Assembly (NCBI GenBank): GCA_951406725.2
Contig: OX597830.1
Coordinates: 43,710,001-43,774,000 of the forward strand
Source: Octopus vulgaris
Lineage: Eukaryota
Direction: 5' to 3'
Length of the DNA stretch: 64,000 nucleotides
Translations under genes and position numbers: made by a program
Part shown: in pieces, positions 38,501-51,338 of the stretch
Layout of the letters: the number at the start of each line of letters is the position of its first letter
Numbering within the stretch: the stretch's first letter is position 1
Notes under the pieces: generated by a model
Database searches by the model: none
What the model was told of the DNA's origin: nothing
What the model saw: only the letters and a program-made list of their open reading frames with translations

Positions 38501-39857
38501 ATCTGTCAGCCAACTACACTATGCAGTCATCCATGTCAAAGGGGAACTATGTAATAATAATATTAGGTTGGTGCATAATTATTGCGGCTTCAATAAATTT
38601 TATTCAACGAAAATAATAACGTTTAACAAAAACATCTTTAAATGATTATTCCAGAGCAGATTCACCATCTACTTCAATTACTGCTTGGCAGCTGGTCGGA
38701 ATAATCATTTAAAGATGTTTTTATTAAATGTTGTTATTGTTTTTGTTAAATAAAATTTATTGAAAAAAACCCACAATAATTATGCACCAACGTAATAATA
38801 ATAATAATAATAATAATAATCCACTATAATTTGCTTGATGCAAAAGGAGACAACTCCAATTTCCCTGGAGTTGTCTGTCTTCCTTAGTTACATTATTCTC
38901 ATTCTTCTACATTGTCTAAATTTTCAGTTTTATTCTCTTAACGCAAATATTAAACTAGAAAAAAAAAGATAAACATTTCCCATAATTGTTGAAGGCACAA
39001 ATACACTTGTCCTATTATATAGGACATTTCCTTATTGTATAGGACATACAAATGAACATTAAATTTAAAACTATTGATAATCTCCTTAATCTTCTGTTAA
39101 GTAAAATTGAAATTCTTATTAATATTTCATCCTACCATACCAGGTAACCTGCTTAGTAGCATTTTTTAGAACTTGATGTTCTGAGTTCAAATGATGTTGG
39201 GGTCAACTTTGCCTTTCATCTGTTTTGGGTCAATAAAATAAATACCTGTTGAACACAGGAGTTCTTGTAAATCACCTTGCTTCCCACCACATGAATAATT
39301 GCTGGACTGGTGCCAGAATTTGGGACCAATATTTCATTCCATTCATACTGCTGTATTTATGGTCTAAGCAAGGCCGAATTAATGTTACTTTGTCCTGCTC
39401 TGTATCATCTTATCAACCGAATTAAGAAGCTCAAATGCTTTTGCTTTTTTTCCTGAGATAGTTTCTCATTAGTTGAAGTCCTGCATCTGGCATCCCAGCT
39501 TCATATTATGGTGATTGATGTTAGTGAAAGATGCCTGCTTGTAAAATGTTTTCCCTAACAATTCATGTAAATTTACCAAACCATTTCAAATGATAGTAGT
39601 AGTGGTGGTGTAGGCTAGTGTACAAATGCATTAAAAAAAATTATATAAAATTATTTGACATTATTTTCATCTTTATTGTTTCTTACACTTATTTTTCTTT
39701 GTTTTCATTGCAGTTGCCTGAAATTTCTTCTGTTGAAACTCGGGAAGGAGAGCATCCTTTTCTACATTTGTTCATCCAATGTTTAGGATTGCTGTTTGGT
39801 TCTGGCATTATGTGGTTGATAGCATATTATGAACACGATCTAATCAATGCATTCTAA
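14103..39857 (+). CDS. SLC39A10: LIV-1 subfamily ZIP zinc transporter (ZIP10/ZIP6/fear-of-intimacy type), spliced gene model: 14103-14678, 28687-28945, 29049-29218, 30433-30603, 32339-32480, 33818-34159, 36617-36804, 39714-39857 (663 aa)
   Basis: All introns are GT-AG with matching phases (0,1,0,0,1,1,0) and the exons sum to 1992 nt. Motifs: signal peptide, LFDKYGEADTLTLDGLKLLLYSLGL N-terminal block, CPAFLQQLDSKAC (PAL motif), GDALLHLLPH, GDGIHNLCDG (TM4), CHELPHEIGD (LIV-1 HEXPHEXGD in TM5), GMFLYIALVDM. Probably co-orthologous to vertebrate ZIP6 and ZIP10, so the symbol is approximate. Confidence 0.95.
16298..16505. mobile_element. piggyBac-like MITE family 1 (TTAA/CCCTTTAGCATT ends)
   Basis: Same sequence recurs at about 22610-22837, 26753-26920, 36991-37444 (interrupted), 45706-47305 (interrupted) and 59590-59776. 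Intact ends read TTAACCCT...AGGGTTAA. Confidence 0.7.
21540..21993 (+). mobile_element. Inverted Penelope-type terminal repeats with hammerhead-like motif flanking a tRNA-like head
   Basis: 21540-21705 is the reverse complement of 21817-21993. Each arm has CTGATGA-A-GGCTG..CA(G/A)CC-AAAAC. The spacer 21713-21780 has A-box and B-box-like sequence also found at 56761-56820(-). Confidence 0.75.
24790..25325 (-). mobile_element. SINE family D (RTE-type (GAT)n tail, GGAAGGGCATCCAGCTGTAGAAA block) with internal tandem units
   Basis: Further copies at about 26230-26670(-), 29920-30095, 31040-31372, 37600-38000(-), 38287-38475(-), 46858-47090 and 48743-48880. Confidence 0.8.
25680..25897. mobile_element. 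Mariner-type MITE
   Basis: Inverted ends TGCTGAAAAGTTCCTGG / CCAGGAACTTTTCAGCA. Confidence 0.65.
28687..28945 (+). CDS. SLC39A10: ZIP transporter coding exon 2 (PAL motif and His-rich tract)
   Basis: Poly-T acceptor ttgtag|TGT; reads CMSLTDYL...FISLCPAFLQQLDSKAC then HHNDSEHNHQHNHDDHNHEH; donor GAAG|gtagta (phase 1). Confidence 0.92.
29049..29218 (+). CDS. SLC39A10: ZIP transporter coding exon 3 (TM1-TM2)
   Basis: tttcag|TC; WLWSFLAVLGISSVGLFGV...AIGALSGDALLHLLPH; donor CAT|gtatgt. Confidence 0.95.
30433..30603 (+). CDS. SLC39A10: ZIP transporter coding exon 4 (TM3)
   Basis: attcag|GCT; AFVNNHDHSQC...ILKGMVGLLGIVVFFIMERVM; donor AAG|gtaaat. Not in the ORF track. Confidence 0.92.
30703..30882. 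repeat. Perfect 90-bp tandem duplication in ZIP intron 4
   Basis: 30703-30792 is identical to 30793-30882. Confidence 0.95.
31413..31649. mobile_element. Tc1/mariner-type MITE in (TA)n
   Basis: TIR CAGGGTGGCCCAAAAGTAGG / CCTACTTTTGGGCTACCCTA with TA flanks. Confidence 0.85.
32339..32480 (+). CDS. SLC39A10: ZIP transporter coding exon 5 (cytoplasmic loop)
   Basis: tttcag|AAG; KKKRNCSHVS...IGNKLSSH; donor AGAG|gtatgt. Needed to bridge phase 0 to phase 1. Confidence 0.85.
33818..34159 (+). CDS. SLC39A10: ZIP transporter coding exon 6 (loop His motif, TM4, TM5)
   Basis: tttgcag|CA; HGHSH, MAWIVVIGDGIHNLCDGLAIGAAF, AVLCHELPHEI; donor G|gtttgt. Confidence 0.96.
35006..35206. mobile_element. MITE with ~52-bp TIRs and 8-bp TSD (Merlin-like)
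   Basis: TIR GGATCTTTTCCTTTTGAACGGCA...; direct repeat AGAAATCT at 34998-35005 and 35207-35214. A 5'-GG end with an 8-bp TSD fits the Merlin superfamily. Confidence 0.85.
36440..36585 (+). mobile_element. Solo copy of the Penelope-type hammerhead-bearing repeat
   Basis: Homologous to 21817-21960 (GGAATGAGAA, GAAGGCTGGAGGGTATATCA, GAAACGTTGTGTTAACAACAAACAA), preceded by (AAT)n. Confidence 0.75.
36617..36804 (+). CDS. SLC39A10: ZIP transporter coding exon 7 (TM6-TM7)
   Basis: ttgcag|GA; GDFAVLLRAGMSLRKAITYN...GGMFLYIALVDM; donor ATG|gtaagt. Confidence 0.96.
37037..37251. mobile_element. piggyBac-like MITE family 2
   Basis: TTAA|CCCTTT..TTACC ... GGTAATGAAAGGG|TTAA. Relatives at 47394-47487, 47519-47725 and about 20040-20412. 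Confidence 0.85.
38563..38795. mobile_element. Mariner-derived palindromic MITE
   Basis: TA|TTAGGTTGGTGCATAATTATTG ... CAATAATTATGCACCAACGTAA|TA with arms of about 90 bp. The centre keeps a minus-strand transposase tail (QAVIEVDGE). Confidence 0.85.
39714..39857 (+). CDS. SLC39A10: ZIP transporter last coding exon (TM8, stop)
   Basis: ttgcag|TTG; LPEI...FIQCLGLLFGSGIMWLIAYYEHDL, TAA at 39855-39857. Confidence 0.95.
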   Translation: MPEISSVETREGEHPFLHLFIQCLGLLFGSGIMWLIAYYEHDLINAF

Positions 39858-42800
39858 GCTATATCTTATTTCCTCCCTACTCTCTAAAAACCTGTCTCTT
39901 TGACCGTTCTACATCTCCCCCCCTTCAACACCCACTTCTTCGGTTCCTTGATATTAGAAATGCCGGTGCTAAATTCCCCTCTTTGAGGTGATGGATAAAT
40001 GCTGTTATTTAAAGTGCATCAGCATTGAAATATTCCCTTTGTGCTGTTGGCATGCAACAACATAACCTACAGATCAAAGCAAATATGAGAGAGTGGACTC
40101 TGTCTTGAACCACCACCTCCATTCTCTCTTTTCTCTTGCTTGTTAAATGAGATTTTAATATTTTATCCTGATTCTATACTTGCTTCTCATTAGATTATTT
40201 TAAATATTCTCATTCTGGTGATGTGGTCTTTTGGCTTATTAGAGTATGAATGTATTTTTATTTTTATCCCATCTCCACAAACATATCTAATTCATGTAAA
40301 CTATACGATGGATTTTGTTTTCCATTCCATGCTTGTTATTCTGGGTTGCAAACAAAATTTCTTTTTCTCAGAATTACCAGCTTTTCTAACTTAATTACCT
40401 CAATCTCATATTGTCTCTTTATCTCATTTACTAAAATCATTTGACACTAAATACATGCTTCTGCTGATATCATCACCACCATCAATCACAACAACAACCA
40501 TCATCATCATCATTTTTACTTACATTTGAAGAATGTTTCTGCAAGCTGGTCTTTAGAAGGGATTGGGAACGGACCAAAGATTTACTAAAATTCTGTTCAT
40601 CATGTTGGTTTAACAGAAAAATACACAATGACACTTCATGACTTATTTTTCAAAATAGTTTTTAAGCATTCTGTTATTTATTATAAAACATTTTAACTAG
40701 AAAATATCATTGGTTATACAATCCTATGAAATAATGTTTTATTTATTAGCTCAATACTTTTGTTTTTAATCCATTTATTATTAATTTGGGACCAAGTGTA
40801 AGATATCCAAGGTTTTTTTTTTTCTGTGTCTATGAACATGTCTTTAGGGGTTTTCTTTATAACTAGTCAACTTCATTTGTGATAACTTATTTCACATCCC
40901 AACATACTTATAGTCATGAAATTCTGCACCGTTTTTATATTCCTGTGACTCTATACTTTTTCTTTCTTTCTTTCCTTCTTTCTTTTTTTTTGTGGGCAGA
41001 AAGATTCCTTTTTTTTCTTTTCTTATCTTAAACTGATATTGAGTAATTGAGTTCAATGAAGAGAGATTTCCAGATGGTAATATGCTACTTTGGTACCTGC
41101 AAAGCAACATTGTCTTTGGTTTGCAATAACCTGCTGCAGAGCATTATGAGCTTCATGCAATGCTGATTTTATAAGTTGTACAAGCAACGAAGGACGGAAA
41201 ACTCAAGAATCCAGACGGTCTCCATAGTCTGCTTTGTTTTTATCAATGTCTGACAGAGCACTAGAGAACTAGATTTTGGTTTTCACTTTTTTTAAAATCT
41301 TTTCTTTTTCTTCTTTTAAATGACTTAGAATTAGACATTATTATTAAACAAATATGTTTTAAATACAGATATAGTCACATTCGTCTTAACACATTTCTCT
41401 AGCTTCTTGCCATAGTAGAAATGTATGTATATATTTGTGTATGTGAGTGTATTGGTCTTCTTTCTTTTCTTTTCTTTTTTTTCTTTTAAGGATTTATCTG
41501 GGACCGAACAAATAATGTTTATATTACCAATTAAGTGTGGATGCAAGCACAAATGACTGTAAGAGAGTAACTGGTTGGCATCAAACATATGTCTCTTAGA
41601 AGATATAGATTCTCTTACCACCAGGGACATTTCTTCAAAAATATAAACATGTATGTTTGTGTATACATGTATGTATAAATTGTTATTTGTTTTTCTATTG
41701 CCCATGAAAAGTAGGAAAGCACAATTTAAACGTAAATAATGAATAACTGGTGACATTAATTTTCATATTAAACCTACATTGACAATGCTGGAAATATGAA
41801 AAGGAGACCTTTTATTATAAAGAAATAAGGGGCAGTAATGCTGGTCAAGGATAGTAAACTAAATATCGAACCCTTTCATCAACAATAATTTGGTTTTGGG
41901 ACCAAAAGTTAGAAAACCATATTTTAAGGGATTGTTTTAGAATAGCTTTAAATTACAACACACTACCATTGACATTTTGGAATATATGTTTGTGTTGACA
42001 GGGAAAATTAGCATTCTAATGTATAAATATGAGTTTATTAACTTGAAATCAAGCATTCATTTTGAGTCAGCTTGGAGATAAAACAAAATTAATTTGTTTT
42101 GTTGGTTTTATTTTTTTCGTATTTTAAAGAGCTATTCACAGGTAAATTTAGATGTTTAAATTATTATTATTATTAATGTTTTTAAAGACAGCAAATGATA
42201 AATTTGGTTAGGCAGCAAACAAAAATGTTTTGTGTCAGGTTCATTTATATTCTTTGTTTGACTTTGCTTTTCGTCTTTCCAGGTTTGATTAAATAAAATA
42301 CCAGACAAATACTGGAATCAGTTTAATCAAGTAACCCCTTCCCTTAAAATTTGTGGCTTTGTGCCTCTAAGAAACAATGGTTTTTATTAGTACTACTACT
42401 ATACTACTATTATGATGTGTGCATGTGTATGTATATTTGTGTATATATCTGTACATCTAATTATAGTTGCAAGTTTTATTATTAATATAAAAAGCAAGAT
42501 GAGTACCTATAGTTGTTATAGACTGTCTCAGGCTGAAAGACAGGCTGGTGGTATTTGTACATTTAGCATTCAGGTTGAGAGAGAATTCGAGAGGTATATA
42601 GTTCTAGTGCAGGGAGAGGAATTGGAAAAGCTCGAGCAGAGAGGGAGCTCCACTGGTATGTAATATTAGAGCAGGGACAAGATTCAGCAAATGTGTTTGG
42701 TACAGAATCCAGGAGATTGTATGGCTGGGGAAAAGTGGGGAGAAACTGTATTGTATGGGTTGAGGTGAGGGTGGTAAAATTAAATTCCAAGAAGGAGGGC

Positions 42801-45800
42801 AAAAGCAGAAGAAGAGACAGAGAGAAGACACACTTTGTGTTCGACAGCCAGTGTTTGAGTAAACTCTTGTTAGACAGCAGTTTTCTTAAATGCCGTCTAC
42901 AATCTCAAACATGAATGGTTGCTATAAAGTAAAGCATATTTGGCCTTCTTAAGCACACATATATGTGAATGTGTGCATCATCATATATATATATATATAA
43001 AAATTTATATATATATAGTTCTATTAGTTGCTGTTAAGTACTCAGGCAAGCTAATATACGTTATATGTGCATGTTAAATGATTCTGCCCAGTACACATTT
43101 CATAAAAATGTATACTATATTTTTCTACTAATAAGGACATGATATTACTTTTCTGCATATATCAAACCTAAATCAAGCAGTTAAATTATGATTCTTTTAT
43201 CAGTCCTTCTTGTTCTCAAAGAACTCTTTTCTTCATAAAATTGATGCTTATAAAAAACAAAAATAAATAAAGCAAAATTATAACAATGCTCCAATAAACT
43301 GTAATAAAAAATATATATATTTTGTTTTTAAAGTGTTGTAAAATATTTTAAAGAACATTTATATATAATTATGTTTAAACAAATTGTGTATTTTATTATT
43401 TTTTAAATTAAATTCTGCTCCTCTAACATAAGCTTCTATCCACACTCTTCCTTTAAAGAATAACATTCATTCACAAATGTGATTGTTTTTATTTTCACAA
43501 GTCATACATAAATACTAAGATTGTCTGTTAACTTCACACTGCTTAACATTTTTATTTTTATTTTAATAAGACTTATTTACTGTTTGCAGATTGTATGTTT
43601 CTAAAAAGGGAATCATATTTAATCTATTTCTCACTACTTTAAAATTAAATAAGCTTTTTTTTTTTTTTACTCTTGTTTTATTTAATTTGTTCATTATTCT
43701 AGACTAGAATTCAGTTAAAATCATTGTAATTTTCTTCCCTTCAGGTTTTGCTGTTAAGAGAGGTATGGTGTAGGTTCATGGCTCCTTGTCAACTATTGAT
43801 GTGTGTGTGTTTGTGTGTATGTGTTAAAAAATGTTGCTTTTCTAGTCTTTTTTTTTTTTTCATTTGATACAGAATGTAGTAAAACCTATGTTGATGCATC
43901 CTTATCAGACTTACTGTGCTCATTATTAAAAACAAACTTTTCTCCTGCTGAAGTTTACCCAAGAATTACAAAACAATAAAATGCAGTTTGATATGACTTG
44001 TGTTCCTATTTGTAAGTCTTCCAGAAAATAATTGAAGAGAGCAAAAATACTGGGATCACTTGTTATTTTTGCATTACTTCATTTGGCAACATTTTACTTG
44101 TATCTAGAACAATCTAAATGGTTCTTCAGTTTCTTTTCCTTTCTCTTTATTTTATGTTTTTTTTTTACTTTTTCTTTTACAAATCTTCATTTTATTTATT
44201 TATTTCCAGATCTGAAAAGTCTTTTCTTTTCTTTTTTTATGTTTCTTCATTTCCCCTGAACCCAAATATCTTTAAAAATAAGTAAATCATTTGAATTTTT
44301 GACTTTGGCTACAATTTGTTTCATTCATTTTTTAACACAGTTTTAGGAGAGTCACTATAATTGCAAACAGTTTTCTGATAAAGAATTGAGAAACAGATTT
44401 TGAGTGTAGATTCACTGTGAGGAAAGAAAAACACAAAATAATAATGGTTTCATATCTTTTTATAGATATTCATCAATCAAAAATTAGTGAGAGCTTTATT
44501 ACCTTCTGTCAATAGAATGAAACATCAGAGCAGTTGAATGGCAGAAATACAGGAGTGTTGGACGAAATACTGTGTGGAGTGTTGTGTCACATCCCCTTTA
44601 TGTTCAGAGTCCAACTCCAGCTAGGGCTAACTTTGCCTTTCATTCCCCCTGGGATTGATAAAATAAGTACCAGTAATTTACTGGGAGTTGATCCAATCAA
44701 CTATATATATATATATATATATATATACACCCCTTCCCAACAAATTTGTGGCTTTGTGCCAAAGTTAGAAATGAATATAAAACATTAGCCTCTCTACATG
44801 TAATAAATGTATATATATATATGTATGTATGTATATATATATATATGTATGTATATATATATATAAAATTATGGCTGGTGTATTTCTTTGGGGCAAAGAT
44901 ATCTGACAGTAATGTCGGTTTGTATGTATGTATGTATGTGTGTATATAATGTTTTATTTTTTTTCTCTTTTGTTGGAAGATTGATCTTTGTAAGATGTTT
45001 TAATTAAAAACAAACTAAAAAAAATAATAAATTGACATATCAAATCATAGGAAGCAGGGCATTTAACCCGCTTTTAAATAAATAACCTACCAAAATTTGA
45101 AAAAGTTAAAAAAAAACAAAACAAATTTGGTTTCTTCTGCATTGATTGATTGAGTATTATGTCTGTAAATATTCCAATGAATGGCAAATCCTAAAGTTTA
45201 CCATGACACTATACTTATATAACATTCCTGTGAAACAGTGGAAAGAGACAGTTGCTTCACCATAATTTTTATAAGAAAATAAAATTAAAATGTAAGATAT
45301 ATATTATAGCTTCCACTGAATTTTCATAAATTGATGTGGCATACAGATTTTCTAGCTGGGTACAATTCAATTTTGTCTAATTTGTTTATCTACAATTGTT
45401 CCTTGGCACTGCTGAGTTAGAAAAAAGAGTTTTTTTTTTTTTTTTTTTGTCTTTTCCCTTCCCCTCAAATTCCTTCCAATGTGATTCCCCTCCTCCCCGA
45501 TTTTTGATGCTGATTTAAATAAAAAGAGAAATTCATAAATAAAGTTGAGATGTTTTTCAAAGAATTTGATTGTCTTTTTTTTCTGCTATAAATGCTATTC
45601 TGAAAGGTTTTGTCATTAGAGGTTATGTATTCTAACAATCTGTTTTCCTTCCATTAAAGAATTTTTTATGTTTTTCTTGGGCTGCCCTAGTTTATTGTGT
45701 CCTAAGGCAGCCATATCTGGCCCAAATATTCTACCTGCTTTGTTAAAACTGACCAGATCTATCCTTTCACACCTATTTTACAATGTCATTCTAAAAATAT

Positions 45801-46046
45801 ACAAACATGCCATTGAAATCTTGAAGCTACAAGATAATGCATTCTTCTATTCTTTTACTTGTGTCAGTCATGTGACTTGATCATGCTGGAGCACCACTTT
45901 ATAGGTTTTTTTCGTTTTTTTAGTCAAAATCAATTCCAGGACTTATTGTATCAATTTCTCTTGCCAAACTGCTAAGTTATGGGGACATAAACAGACCAAC
46001 ACCTATTGTCAAGCAGTGGCAGGAGGGACAAACAAACACACACACA

Positions 46047-46602
46047 TTATCCATTACCCATCTCGCCTCTCGTGTATTCATCAACCATCGTGTATTCGCG
46101 CCTTCTTCCTCCGGACAATCTTTATTTAAAAAAAAACAAAACGCAGCCCCAAACTTCTGCTCTTTCATTCATTCATTCATCTAACAGATAAGTTGAATGC
46201 TTATTTATTATTTCACTTCCCCATCAATCATACATGCTTTCTTATCTATCTAACTATTTTTAACTAATTTCTATATCTATCTAATTATTTTAACTAATTT
46301 ATCCATTACCCATCTCGCCTCTCGTGTATTCATCAACCATCGTGTATTCGCGCCTTCTTCCTCCGGACAATCTTTATTTAAAAAAAACGCAGCCCCAAAC
46401 TTCTGCTCTTTCATTCATTCATTCATTCATTCATCTAACAGATAAGTTGAATGCTTATTTATTATTTCACTTCCCCATCAATCATACATGCGTTCTTATC
46501 TATCTAACTATTTTTAACTAATTTCTATATCTATCTAATTATTTTAACTAATTTATCCATTACCCATCTCGCCTCTCGTGTATTCATCAACCATCGTGTA
46601 TT
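46047..46602. repeat. Tandem repeat, ~253-bp unit x 2.2
   Basis: Units start at 46047, 46299 and 46553 (TTATCCATTACCCATCTCGCCTCTCGTG) and are nearly identical. Confidence 0.93.
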
Positions 46603-49600
46603 TGCGGTGCACCCGCCCTGCCCACCCCCACCACCAATACTGGATATCTCTATATTTTTGCTCCATCTATACCGGATGTCGCTTCTCCCACCACCATAAT
46701 AGGTGTCTACTCTTCGAACCCCCTCTTCAATACGCTATTTCACCATGCATTACCCCTCTCTTGATATCCTACGTTCTACTTGCCTAGAACCTGTCATTTC
46801 TCTGAACCACCCCTCCCCACTGGTGCTCCCCTATATTTCTGCACCCCCCCCACATAAAAAAAAGCACCATCCGAACGTGGCCGATGCCAGACCCCTCTGG
46901 CACCTGTGCAGGTGGCACGTAAAAAACACCCACTACACTTGCGGAGTGGTTGGCATTAGGAAGGGCATCCAGCTGTAGAAACTCTGCCAGGCTAGACTGG
47001 AGCCTGGGGCAGTCCCTTGCTCCCCAGACCCCGGTCGAAACCGTCCAACCCGTGCTAGCGCGGAAAACGGACGTTAAACGATGATGATGATATATATATA
47101 TATATATACAATGAGCTCCTTTCAGTTTCTATTTACTAAATCCACTCAGAAGGCTTTGGTTGGGCCGAGGCTATAGTGGTAGACACTTGCACAGGGTGCC
47201 ACGTAATTGGACTGAACCTGAGACCATATGGTTGGTAAGCAAGCTTCTTATCATACAGCCATGCATGATTAATTCAAAACAATAAGCAATACATCTGATA
47301 AAGAAATCTGAATGCTGAATGGCTAAAGTAGACTAATATAGATATTGCTCATGATAAATCATAAATCATGGCTGCACCACTAAGATAATTTAACCCTTTC
47401 ATTACCGTATTTATTTTGAGATGCTCTGTTAATGACATTTGTACTACAGAGCCAGAGGTGGTTTCAGCCAGGTGGGTATCACAAGGGTTAAGAATTGTTT
47501 CTCTATTCTATATTTTAACCCTTTCATTACCATATTTCTGTTAAGATGCTGTGTTTCTTTCAATTAATTTTAAATATAACAAAGAATTTAGTAAAATAAC
47601 TTAGTTATCATTAAGCTTGTGTTAGGAATATAAATTATGACTAAGGTTTTAATTCAAAACTTATGAAAACAAGACATTTGTACTCAGGGCCAGAAGCGAT
47701 TTCAGCCAGGTTGGTATCAAAACGGTTAACATATGTTTTTATTGGTTGATATTTCAAAAGCTTGCTCAGCTCCAAACTTTGGTCTAAAGCACTGGCACTC
47801 AGTTGATTTTACCCATTAATTCCTTTCATTCCCATTTTGCCCGGGTGAACCCTCATAACTGTTCAATGTTTAAAAATTCCTATTATATTCTCGTAATTAA
47901 TTATTATTAGGAATTGTGTGAAAAAAAAATTGAATTATTTTTTGTTTTGTGGTAGTAAAACCAGTTTATTTATTCTTTTACTTATTTCGGTCATTTTCCT
48001 GTGGCTGTGCTGGAGCACTGCCTTTAGTTGAACAAATCAACCTCAGTGCTTATTCTTTGTAAGTCTAGTACTTATTCGATTGGTCACTTTTGCCGAACCA
48101 CTAAGCTATGGAGATGTAAACACACCAGCATCAGCTATCAAGCGATGATGGGGGATGAACACACATGCAAATATGTACATATATATATTTTGGTTTGATT
48201 TGCTTGCTTTAAATACTAAACGGTTAAAACAGGCAAGAGCCACTTTTGGCATTGAAACCACAATGTTTTGTATGGTATAACTGATATCTTCCTCCTGCTC
48301 ACCATTTTCAATCTGCTTTCCATACTGGCCATATCTATGGCTCGTACAATTTGAGGGAGACTTGACCTGGTCACTATTTTATGCAGATAGCCCTCTGCAT
48401 TCTTTTACTGCTTCAAGTCATGCTGGAGCACTGTTTTCAAGGGCTTTTAGGGCATTCATATCCCTATAGAGTGATCAAGTTTTACCTTTTTAAAGGATTG
48501 CAGCTGAATACACTGTCTTACACACGGATTCACAAACACACACACACACACACATTGATATAGCAGCCAAGACTGGCTGTTGCTCAATTTCACCAAATGG
48601 TTTCAATATCTTAAAAGGGATATCAGAAAATTGCACCTTGGAAAAGTGTCTTCTTAATATAACCCCTGGCTCACCAAAGCCTTGTGAGTGGATTTGGTTG
48701 ATGGAAACTGAAAGAAGCCCATCATATATATATATATATATATTGGCGTTAGGAAGGGCATCCAGCTGTAGAAACATTGCCAGATCAGACTGGGCCTGGT
48801 GCAGCTTTCTGGCTTCCCAGACCCCAGTTGAACCGTCCAACCCATGCTAGCATGGAAAGCGAACACTAAACGAAGATGATATATGCATATGTGCATATAT
48901 TTGTGTCTTTGCATCTATTTGTTTCTCTACCAACACTTGACAACCAGTGTTGGTTTGTTTATGTCCCTGTAACTTAACAGTTTTGCAAAAGAGACAGACA
49001 GAATAAGTACCAGGCTGGAAGATAAAAGTACTGGGGTTAATTCATTTCACAAAAGTTCCTCAAAGTGGTACCCCAGCATGGCCGTAGTCAGATGAATAAA
49101 ACTAGTAAAAGATAAATGATACAGGCGCAAGCATGGCTGTGTGGTAAGAAGCTTGCTTACCAACCACATAGTTCCGGGTTCAGTCCCACTGCATGGCATG
49201 TTGGACAAGTGACTTCTACTATAACTTTGGGCCAACCAAATCCTTGTGAGTGGATTTGGTGAATGGAAACTGAAAGAAGCCCGTTGTGTATAGTGATTTG
49301 ATCTAGTTTCAGTCATTTGACTGTGGCCATGCTGGAGCACTGCCTTTAGTCAAACAAATCAACCCCAGGATTTAATCGTTGTAAGCCAAGTACTTATTCT
49401 ATTGGTCTCTTTTGCCGAACTGCTAAGTTACAGGGACATAAACACGCCAAATTCAGTTGTCAAGTGATGGTGAGGGGACGAACACAGACACACAAACATA
49501 CACACACACACACACACACATATATATATGTATATATATATGCGATGGGCTTTTTTCAGTTTCCGCCTACTAAATCCACTCACAAGGCTTTGGTCGGTCT

Positions 49601-51082
49601 GAGGCTATAGTAAAAGACACTTGCCCGAGATGCCACGCAATGGGATTGAACCTGGAACCATGTGGTTGGGAAGCAAGCTACTTACCACACAGCCACTCCT
49701 ATGCCTATATGTATGTATATAATATTTATGTGTCTGTGTCTGACGCCCCATCATCACTTGACAACCGATGTTGGTGTGTTTATATCCCTGAAATTTAGCA
49801 GTTAGGCAAAAGAGACTGATAGGATAAGTACTAAATTTACAAAGAATAAGTCCTGGGGTTGATTTGTTCAACTGAAGGTGCTGCTCCAGCATGACTGCAG
49901 TCAAATGACTGAAACTCATAATAGAGTATACCAAAAATAACTGACACAAATCTGCACCTGCCTTTTTGTTAACACAAAACTACAAAGGCCTTCTGAAGAT
50001 CAACAATGGCATTCTGTAGAGAGAGGCTTTCATTGTGTTTTCCTCCAGTTTATGCACTTAACAAGTTGTTTTCTTAACAAGCAGTCATAAGTTATTTCAA
50101 AAACACAGTATCTCTACACCTGGGCAGCAGCCAACAGCCTACTTTTAGCTTTTAACAGCTCCATGTTTCTCTCTTGTATCATTGATCTACATTCTTCTGG
50201 GGTTTTTATTCATTTTTTTTTGTTGTTTTGGTCATTAGACTAGAGCCATGCTGAGGCACCACCTTGAAGAATTTTTAGCTCCAATGAATCAATTCCAGTA
50301 TTTTAATTTTTTTTTCTTTTTAAATTTCATTTATGAAAAGGCTAAGTTTTGGGGAAATGAACACTCCACCACCAATTGTCAAGCAGTGGTGGGGGACAAA
50401 CACACACACACACACACATGTTCTATTGGAATGTGATTACTGGGAGGCAGAGCATAAAACATTAATGTGGCGTTCAAGAAAATTTGGAAGGACAAAAATT
50501 TTTTTATGAAAAACCTTTCAATGATTCATTTCATTATTTCTCAATTCTCTCATTAAATAAGGATGTGCCGTAGCAAGGCTCTCTGCTGAATACTGTAGCA
50601 ATAAAAAAATTTTTTTTTTTCTGTCTCTCCTAGAAAATTCAATTAACAATATGACAATTAACGAATATAACAATTTTTCATTCTTAAATCTTTTTTATTT
50701 CAAATTTAACAAAAAAGAAACAAAATATATTTGTAATAAATTGCATTTCTATCATAGCAAGTAACTTTATGAAAGGAAATGTTTGCTCTTTGCAACACTA
50801 TTCAAAAAATATATATTTCCACATGTGTGCACACACATACACATGCACATGCATGCACACACACACACACATTTCTCATTCAACTGTGTTTCTTCATCTG
50901 TCAACTGCCATACCAAACCATATTTTGCTTGATTCTTCCCCCTTAGCCGTGTATCTCTCTCAAGAACCATTTTCCTGTTCATGCTTCCTACCCCAAAAGA
51001 AATTGCTCGAGTGCAAATTTAACATCATTCATTTCAGTCCTATTAAGTTAGAAGAACTGAAATGGTCCTACAAAATATAAAT

Positions 51083-51338
51083 CAGTGATTCCCAACTATT
51101 TTTTACCTATGGAACCCTTTGATTCCTATTTCACAAAGAAGAACCCTCATAGCCTTTCAATGTTTAAAAAATTCTTATTGTATTTTTACAATTAAATGTT
51201 ATTAGAAATTATTTTTAAAAAATTGTTCAAATATTTTGTGCATTGTGGAAGTGTGACCAAATGATTGCACATAAATTTCAATGACAAAATCTTATGAGGA
51301 CCCCTAAGGACCATATGGATTCCAGTTAAGAACCACAG
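51083..51338. mobile_element. hAT-type MITE
   Basis: Ends CAGTGATTCCCAAC / GTTAAGAACCACAG; 8-bp flanks ATATAAAT / GTATAAAT (7/8 match). Confidence 0.7.
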
